From NCBI GenBank assembly GCA_963977675.1, contig CAXBPY010000008.1:1399-65398 (forward strand): 64,000 nt of DNA, written 5' to 3'. Both the position numbers and the translations under genes were made by a program. This DNA comes from an uncultured bacterium (lineage in GTDB: Bacteria > Bacteroidota > Bacteroidia > Chitinophagales > UBA10324). Below the pieces are notes generated by a model. The model worked only from the letters and a program-made list of their open reading frames with translations. It ran no database searches and was not told the origin of the DNA. Positions 57,861 through 64,000 of the stretch are shown piece by piece. The stretch's first letter is position 1. Each line of letters begins with the position of its first letter.

Positions 57861-58550
57861 TTAAATCCAGATTCTGATTTGTGCAATTTTACAATCAGAA
57901 AGTTTAGGAGCCTGATCTGGCATTGGAATCCAGCCTAGCTGATGATTTATTGAACCAAGCAAGCTTCCATTAATTACAGCATTATAAACTTCTGAATAGG
58001 TTTCAAGTTTTATGTTTCCGGAGTCGCTGCACATTTGATGACAACCCACACAGTTGTCCTTTAATATTGGCTTGACTACGCCGCTATAGGTCACATTTGA
58101 AGTATCGCATAATTCATCGCAGTAAAGATTTTTTGCTCCCTGTAAAATCCATTTTTTTATTAAAGCAATCTGCATGCTATCTAGTGCATTGCATGGAGTT
58201 GGGGGCATTCTATCATCAGGATCGCCATTAAGAATTGAATGAATTATTTTTCCTGAATCAGGAAAGAAAGCAAAAACCTGATTGCTCATCATTATGTTTT
58301 GATAAGTATTAAGTATATATCCGTCTTTATGCGATTGAGCATCATGACAATGGCTTGAAGCGCAGGTTGAAACAAAAATCGGAAGTACTTGCTGGCTGAA
58401 ATAAACAGAGTCAGGAGAACAAGGTGGTTGTGTTGTATGATGGGATGTATCGCCGGGCCCAGTAATAGGGGGTTGAACAGGATGTTTGCATGAAAAACTA
58501 AGAATCGATATAAAAAGAAGCAGAAATGAAAGTCGCAAAAGCATTCGCAA
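57861..58550 (-). CDS. Two-domain cytochrome c lipoprotein (CX4CH and CXXCH), C-terminus clipped by TAA
   Basis: Lipobox SFSC; CASSHCH and RMPP; CVGCH and PMP; reads WI*DGAPDN*. Confidence 0.8.
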   Translation of the reverse strand: MRMLLRLSFLLLFISILSFSCKHPVQPPITGPGDTSHHTTQPPCSPDSVYFSQQVLPIFVSTCASSHCHDAQSHKDGYILNTYQNIMMSNQVFAFFPDSGKIIHSILNGDPDDRMPPTPCNALDSMQIALIKKWILQGAKNLYCDELCDTSNVTYSGVVKPILKDNCVGCHQMCSDSGNIKLETYSEVYNAVINGSLLGSINHQLGWIPMPDQAPKLSDCKIAQIRIWI

Positions 58551-58769
58551 TAGCTATTGATTGAAACAAATTTGAAGCTGCAATTTATACCTTAATTGCA
58601 AAAATAGATGAACAGGAAATTTGTTTAACTGATTCGGATTTTTCTTGACTAATATTTTTTTATAAAATCATTTATCCCTTTTATGATCACTTTGACCTCA
58701 ACTCTTTTCTTTTACTTTTACCGCCCGTCCGAAATGCATCGGAATAAAAGGCAAAACACTAACGAGATA

Positions 58770-59510
58770 ATGAAGTTTTTAGTTTGTATCAGCAAGGCAC
58801 CCGACACCACCACCAAGATTTCTTTCACTGACAACAGCACAAAGTTTAATAACGATAAGGTGCAGTTCATCATTAATCCATATGATGAGTGGTATGCGCT
58901 CGTAAGAGCTATAGAGTTGAAAGAAAAGCTCGGCGGAACGGTAACTGTTCTTAATGTTGGTGCTGCAGATAATGAAGCAATTATTCGTAAAGCCCTCGCA
59001 ATAGGCGCCGATGATGCGGTTCGCATTGATGCTGAACCAGACGATGCACTTTTTGTTGCCAGTCAAATAGCACAGCATGTTAAATCGGAAACTTATGACA
59101 TTGTTTTGTGCGGAAAAGAAACCATTGATTATAACGGCAGCGAAGTTGGCGGCATGATTGCCGGATTCCTCGACTGGACTTTTGTGTCACTCGCTACAAG
59201 CCTTGAATTAAATGGAAACACAGCAACGCTGAATCGTGAAATTGCCGGTGGTCATGAAGTGATAGAATTAACCACCCCGTTTGTCCTCAGCGCTGCCAAA
59301 GGAATGGCAGAAGCTCGGATTCCGAATATGCGCGGCATAATGGCGGCGCGTACTAAACCTATTAAAGTAATAAGTCCTGTTTCGGCTGAAAAATTTTCAT
59401 CCATTGTTTCATATGAACTCCCGAAAGAAAAATCTGGAGTGAAACTCATCAGCCCTGAACATCCAGATGAGTTAGTGAATTTGTTGCAGAATGAAGCCAA
59501 AGTGATTTAA
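58770..59510 (+). CDS. etfB: Electron transfer flavoprotein beta subunit
   Basis: PDTTTKI, INPYDE, KALAIGAD, GKETIDYNG, RIPNMRGIM. Confidence 0.95.
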   Translation: MKFLVCISKAPDTTTKISFTDNSTKFNNDKVQFIINPYDEWYALVRAIELKEKLGGTVTVLNVGAADNEAIIRKALAIGADDAVRIDAEPDDALFVASQIAQHVKSETYDIVLCGKETIDYNGSEVGGMIAGFLDWTFVSLATSLELNGNTATLNREIAGGHEVIELTTPFVLSAAKGMAEARIPNMRGIMAARTKPIKVISPVSAEKFSSIVSYELPKEKSGVKLISPEHPDELVNLLQNEAKVI

Positions 59511-59542
59511 TCATTCATTAAAAGTTCTATTTAGAAAAATAT

Positions 59543-60514
59543 ATGTCAGTATTAGTTTTTGTTGAGAGTACAAACGGCAGTTTTAAAAAATCAGCATTCG
59601 AAGCAGTGAGTTATGGGGCCAGAATAGCAGCTCAAATTGGAACCGAAGCTCATGCCGTTGCGCTTGAAAATATACCGGATGATATGCTGAAATCATTAGG
59701 AGAATATGGAGCATCAAAAGTTTGCAGCATAAAAAATGATTCATTAAAAAATTTTGATGCAAATGTTTTTGCTTCTGTGATTAATGATATAGCCGCGAAA
59801 CTTTCAGCAACAATAGTTATCTTCTCTATGTCTTATTCAGGAAAAGCCATTGCTCCTGTTCTTGCGGCTAAAATGAATGCCGGTATGGTTCCGGGCGCAA
59901 TTGATTTGCCAAAATGGGAAGGAAGCGAAATGAAGGTAAACAAAAATGTGTTCAGCGGAAAAGCAATTGCGACCTATGCCCTTCACTCTGAGAAAAAAAT
60001 CATTTGCCTTACTCCAAACACAGTTGCTGCCGAAAAAACAGAAAACAAATCTTCTGTTGAATCTATAGATGTCACAGTACCTGTTTCAAAAATTACTGTG
60101 AAAGAGGTGGTGAAAGCAGGAGGCAAAATCAGTTTGACCGACGCTGATATCGTAGTGAGCGCTGGTCGAGGTATGAAAGGGCCGGAAAACTGGGGGATGA
60201 TTGAAGAGATGGCAAATATTCTAGGCGCTGCAACGGCATGTTCCCGGCCGGTAGCTGATATTCACTGGCGCCCTCATGAAGAGCATGTTGGTCAAACAGG
60301 ATTAACGGTTCGCCCTAATCTCTATATCGCAATCGGAATCAGTGGTGCAATACAACATCTCGCAGGAGTGAATGGAAGCAAAGTGATTGTAGTGATTAAT
60401 AAAGATCCTGAAGCACCATTTTTCAAAGCTGCTGATTATGGAATTGTTGGCGATGCATTTGAGGTTGTACCGAAGTTGAATGAAGCATTTAAAAAATTCA
60501 AATCAGCTGTTTAA
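59543..60514 (+). CDS. etfA: Electron transfer flavoprotein alpha subunit
   Basis: VVSAGRG, CSRPV, VGQTG, GISGAIQHLAG, INKDPEAP. Confidence 0.95.
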   Translation: MSVLVFVESTNGSFKKSAFEAVSYGARIAAQIGTEAHAVALENIPDDMLKSLGEYGASKVCSIKNDSLKNFDANVFASVINDIAAKLSATIVIFSMSYSGKAIAPVLAAKMNAGMVPGAIDLPKWEGSEMKVNKNVFSGKAIATYALHSEKKIICLTPNTVAAEKTENKSSVESIDVTVPVSKITVKEVVKAGGKISLTDADIVVSAGRGMKGPENWGMIEEMANILGAATACSRPVADIHWRPHEEHVGQTGLTVRPNLYIAIGISGAIQHLAGVNGSKVIVVINKDPEAPFFKAADYGIVGDAFEVVPKLNEAFKKFKSAV

Positions 60515-60535
60515 TTACATTTACCATCGAACCAG

Positions 60536-61171
60536 ATGAAGAAAATTGAACTCGAAATAGTCGCGCTCTCTCATAGCATCACACAATCACATTCTTATGC
60601 TGTGGTGCTTGGCGAAGTTGGCGGCATCAGAAGATTACCTATCGTGATTGGTGGCTTTGAAGCGCAGGCCATAGCTGTTGCGCTTGAGAAGATGAACCCC
60701 AGCCGCCCGCTTACACACGATTTAATGAAAACGCTTTGTCAGTCATTTGCTATCAACCTGAAAGAAATTGTAATTAACAATCTGGTAGATGGAATTTTCT
60801 TTTCACAACTGGTTTGTCAGCGCGACAATGAAATTATTGAAATTGATTCCCGAACATCTGATGCAATAGCACTCGCTATCCGATTCGATTGTTCCATTTT
60901 TACATATGATTTTATTCTGGACTCAGCAGGATTGGTGATTGAAGAACAAGACCAGGACAAACCGGCAGGATCTGCTTCTTCTTCGAAAGAAGAGAAGAAA
61001 AAAGCAGAACCAAAATCACCTGCGGTTTCTGCATCGCTCACTAATGCGGATTTATCGAAGCATTCTTTGAAAGAATTAAATGACATGCTTCAGAAGTTTA
61101 TTGAGAAGGAAGACTACGAACGCGCCATAGCCGTGCGCGATGAAATTGGAAGAAGAAAGAAACAGTCGTAG
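60536..61171 (+). CDS. Bifunctional nuclease family (DUF151) protein with C-terminal UVR domain
   Basis: LPIVIGGFEAQAI, RPLTHDL, DSRTSDAIALA; 'EKEDYERAIAVRDEI'. Confidence 0.9.
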   Translation: MKKIELEIVALSHSITQSHSYAVVLGEVGGIRRLPIVIGGFEAQAIAVALEKMNPSRPLTHDLMKTLCQSFAINLKEIVINNLVDGIFFSQLVCQRDNEIIEIDSRTSDAIALAIRFDCSIFTYDFILDSAGLVIEEQDQDKPAGSASSSKEEKKKAEPKSPAVSASLTNADLSKHSLKELNDMLQKFIEKEDYERAIAVRDEIGRRKKQS

Positions 61172-61212
61172 AAATTCTGATTCAGAATTTTTTTTTTGAT
61201 GATCTGAACGGC

Positions 61213-62454
61213 TTATTTCACTTTTATCAAGCTGTTATTTTTGAATTCAAGTATGAAAACATTTTTGTTTTCAAGGAATTCAGTTTCTGAAGTGTTACTG
61301 TTCATCGGTTGAATATTAAAATTCACTCCGGCTTCTTCGGTTTCATCATCAATATGTTCAAACCACTTGTTATTGTTTTCTTTCCAAAGGCTTCCTATAA
61401 ATAAAAAAATCGAATAACCCTGGTATGAAAATTCATCGGGACGAGAGTTGAATTTCGATTTGTATAAACTCCGAATCTGTTTGAATGGAGAAATTGTATC
61501 TACTGAATAATAAGAGCTGCTTATATGTGTGTGAATAGATTGAAGATAATCCAGTCTTAAAGTTTCCATGTCTTTCCAGGTTGGCATGCCAAATACATAA
61601 AATGTATAATCGGTTGACAAGCCATGCAATTGTTTTGTTAAAATACTTACGAACTCTTCATCGAAACTTGGAATGATAATAATGTTTGGATTTATGGCAG
61701 AGATGAAATCATCAATATGAAAACAATTGCTGTCGCTCTTCTCGGTTAGTTCTATTGGTTTGGTTTTTAGTTTGTCTTTAAAGTAAGAGGCATATACACT
61801 TTCAGTTTCTCTTCGGTAAACCATGATTACCCTTGCAGATGAATATTTTGAATTAATAAATTCTGCAAGCGCCTCGCAGTGTGTTTTCAAACCGGCATTT
61901 GCAAGCACAAAGTTTTTATTTTTTCCAGCCAGGTTATATGAAGAAGATAACGGCGATATCAAAACCTGCTTTCGTTCACCACAAATTTTTGAAGCGACGG
62001 TTAATTCAATGTTGCTGACAGGACCAATCACTACATCAGCATTTACTACATCGCTCAAGCTTAGAATATTTTTCAACCTGTCAGTATCGCGCCGGGTATC
62101 ATAAACATTGACTTTCATTTTTATTCCTTCATGGTCAAGTGAATCAAGCGCTAACTGAACACCGCGGAAGTATTGAGTTGCCATTATTGATTTTTCTGAA
62201 ACAGAAGTAATGCTAATACCGAGCGAATCATATTCAATTTCATTAGTATAAAACGGCAGCAATAGTGCTACTCTCATTTCTTTGCGATCATTCAAAGGAG
62301 ATTGAATAATATTTTCGACTGGATTGTCATGTTTCACGGAATCAAGAGCCGAAACAGAAACTTCATTCGGAACAGTGTGTGTAGTATTGGATGAAACACT
62401 GCATCCGATTATTCCGTTTACCAATAAAAATTTTATGTGCAGTGCCTTCAACAT
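61213..62454 (-). CDS. Type-1 periplasmic-binding-fold lipoprotein
   Basis: Lipobox IIGC; 'VALLLPF', 'YFRGVQLALDSL', 'VYDT', 'DVVIGP', 'ISPLS'; usual position downstream of guaA. Confidence 0.7.
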   Translation of the reverse strand: MLKALHIKFLLVNGIIGCSVSSNTTHTVPNEVSVSALDSVKHDNPVENIIQSPLNDRKEMRVALLLPFYTNEIEYDSLGISITSVSEKSIMATQYFRGVQLALDSLDHEGIKMKVNVYDTRRDTDRLKNILSLSDVVNADVVIGPVSNIELTVASKICGERKQVLISPLSSSYNLAGKNKNFVLANAGLKTHCEALAEFINSKYSSARVIMVYRRETESVYASYFKDKLKTKPIELTEKSDSNCFHIDDFISAINPNIIIIPSFDEEFVSILTKQLHGLSTDYTFYVFGMPTWKDMETLRLDYLQSIHTHISSSYYSVDTISPFKQIRSLYKSKFNSRPDEFSYQGYSIFLFIGSLWKENNNKWFEHIDDETEEAGVNFNIQPMNSNTSETEFLENKNVFILEFKNNSLIKVK

Positions 62455-62507
62455 TTTTTATACATCATTATATCAATACAAATTCTACAGTATTCATGAT
62501 CAATTTT

Positions 62508-64000
62508 TTATTCCCATTCAATTGTTGCCGGCGGTTTACTCGATACATCATAAACAACGCGATTTATACCTTTAACATTATTGATGATCTCATTGCTCAC
62601 TTTTGCCAGGAAACTATGAGGCAGGTGGCAGAAATCTGCTGTCATTCCATCAGTAGATTCAACAGCACGGAGGGCTACTACATTTTCATAAGTCCGTTCG
62701 TCGCCCATGACGCCAACCGACTGAACCGGAAGCAGCATGACTCCGGCTTGCCAAACCTTATCATATAGATTTTCTTTTTTCAAAGCACTAATAAAAATTT
62801 CATCTGCATCCTGCAGAATGCGAACTTTCTCTGCTGTTATATCGCTGATAATTCTAATTGCCAGTCCAGGTCCTGGAAACGGATGACGGCGCAAGATCTC
62901 TTCGGGAAGATTTAATTCTTTGCCCACGCGGCGAACTTCGTCTTTAAACAAAAGCCGCAATGGCTCCAGCACTTTCATATTCATTTTTTCGGGCAAGCCA
63001 CCAACATTATGATGTGACTTTATAGTTACTGAAGGACCATGAACCGAAACTGATTCAATAACATCCGGATAAATTGTTCCCTGTGCAAGCCACTTAATTC
63101 CACGGAGAAGATGCGCTTCTTCATCAAACACTTCAATAAATAGCTTACCAATTATTTTTCTTTTCTTCTCAGGGTCTGAAACATTTTTCAGCTCATTCAA
63201 AAATCTTTCGCTCGCGTCCACACCTTTTACATTCAATCCCATTCCTTCATATGCTTTCAAAACATTTGCGAATTCGTTTTTGCGCAGCAGTCCATTATTT
63301 ACAAAAACACAGTGCAGCTTATTTCCAATTGCACGATGAATTAACCCCGCAGCCACCGTGCTGTCCACTCCACCGCTGAGGGCCAAAATCACTTCATCAT
63401 CACCTGCTTTCTTTTTTATTTCCTCTACAGTTGATTGAACAAAAGAAGCCGGGGTCCATGACTGGTGGCAGCCACAAATGCGAACACAAAAATTATAGAG
63501 AATTTTTTTTCCTTCAATTGAATGTGTGACTTCTGGATGAAACTGGATGCCGTAAACCGGAAATGAATAAGCATCATCATTGCTTCTGAAAGCTGCTACA
63601 GGAATAGATTCAGTGCGAGCAATCAATTCACTGTGTTCAGGAATTTTTGTAACAGTATCTGCATGGCTCATCCACACCTGGCTATCGTGTTCAACTGCCT
63701 GAAGTAAAATATCATCCTCAATTAACTGATGAAGATGAGCTCGTCCATACTCTCGCTTGTTACTTTTTTCTACCTTCCCACCGCTAAGGTGCGAGATCAA
63801 CTGGGCCCCGTAACAAATGCCAAGTACAGGTTTTTTTCCCAACACTTCCTTAAGATTCAGTGAAGGAAAATTTTTATCGTGTACTGAACTTGGCGATCCG
63901 CCGAGAACAACTCCTTTCACACTATCATCGAGCTCAATCTGGTGGTGATACGGGTAGATTTCACAGTAAATGTTCAGTTCGCGGATTCTACGAGCAATAA
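62508..64000 (-). CDS. guaA: GMP synthase (glutamine-hydrolyzing); 5' end lies beyond the window
   Basis: IARRIREL at the window edge, [36 protein letters not shown]. Confidence 0.98.
   Translation of the reverse strand, partial: IARRIRELNIYCEIYPYHHQIELDDSVKGVVLGGSPSSVHDKNFPSLNLKEVLGKKPVLGICYGAQLISHLSGGKVEKSNKREYGRAHLHQLIEDDILLQAVEHDSQVWMSHADTVTKIPEHSELIARTESIPVAAFRSNDDAYSFPVYGIQFHPEVTHSIEGKKILYNFCVRICGCHQSWTPASFVQSTVEEIKKKAGDDEVILALSGGVDSTVAAGLIHRAIGNKLHCVFVNNGLLRKNEFANVLKAYEGMGLNVKGVDASERFLNELKNVSDPEKKRKIIGKLFIEVFDEEAHLLRGIKWLAQGTIYPDVIESVSVHGPSVTIKSHHNVGGLPEKMNMKVLEPLRLLFKDEVRRVGKELNLPEEILRRHPFPGPGLAIRIISDITAEKVRILQDADEIFISALKKENLYDKVWQAGVMLLPVQSVGVMGDERTYENVVALRAVESTDGMTADFCHLPHSFLAKVSNEIINNVKGINRVVYDVSSKPPATIEWE

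Noticed and set aside
35214-57863. Genome-wide TAA reassignment (alternative genetic code)
   Set aside because: Many conserved genes (etfB, etfA, ettA, dnaX, guaA) end at TAA at their expected C-termini

Overview
AT-rich chromosomal segment from a member of the Bacteroidota: TAnnTTTG promoter boxes, T9SS/PorV genes, and Bacteroidota-type leuS, purM and proS. It is mostly housekeeping (rsmA, tsaD, tRNA-Pro, nusB, mntR/mntH, ftsX, leuS, purM, proS, UbiD-family decarboxylase, PhoB/PhoR-like pair, dnaX, trmD, ettA, etfBA, partial guaA). I saw no prophage, transposase or CRISPR array. Best candidates for undescribed systems: (1) an orphan PLP alpha-oxoamine synthase plus a non-phosphorylatable receiver protein, downstream of three sets of TTCATCGA-like direct repeats with 21-22 bp period (LytTR-like geometry, possible signal-synthesis locus); (2) a cytochrome c lipoprotein / OB-fold / YceI / DUF5777 barrel cluster; (3) a TonB receptor / T9SS cargo / PorV-paralog trio; (4) a Tyr- and Gln-rich prion-like lipoprotein paired with a FadL-like barrel. 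Smaller oddities: repeat elements inserted in frame in leuS, purM and the UbiD gene; an apparent CTG start for rsmA; an A10 slippage run in dnaX; in-frame TAA stops in two cytochrome genes; a candidate sRNA; and a 27-aa membrane microprotein. All family assignments come from motif recognition by eye, not from database searches.
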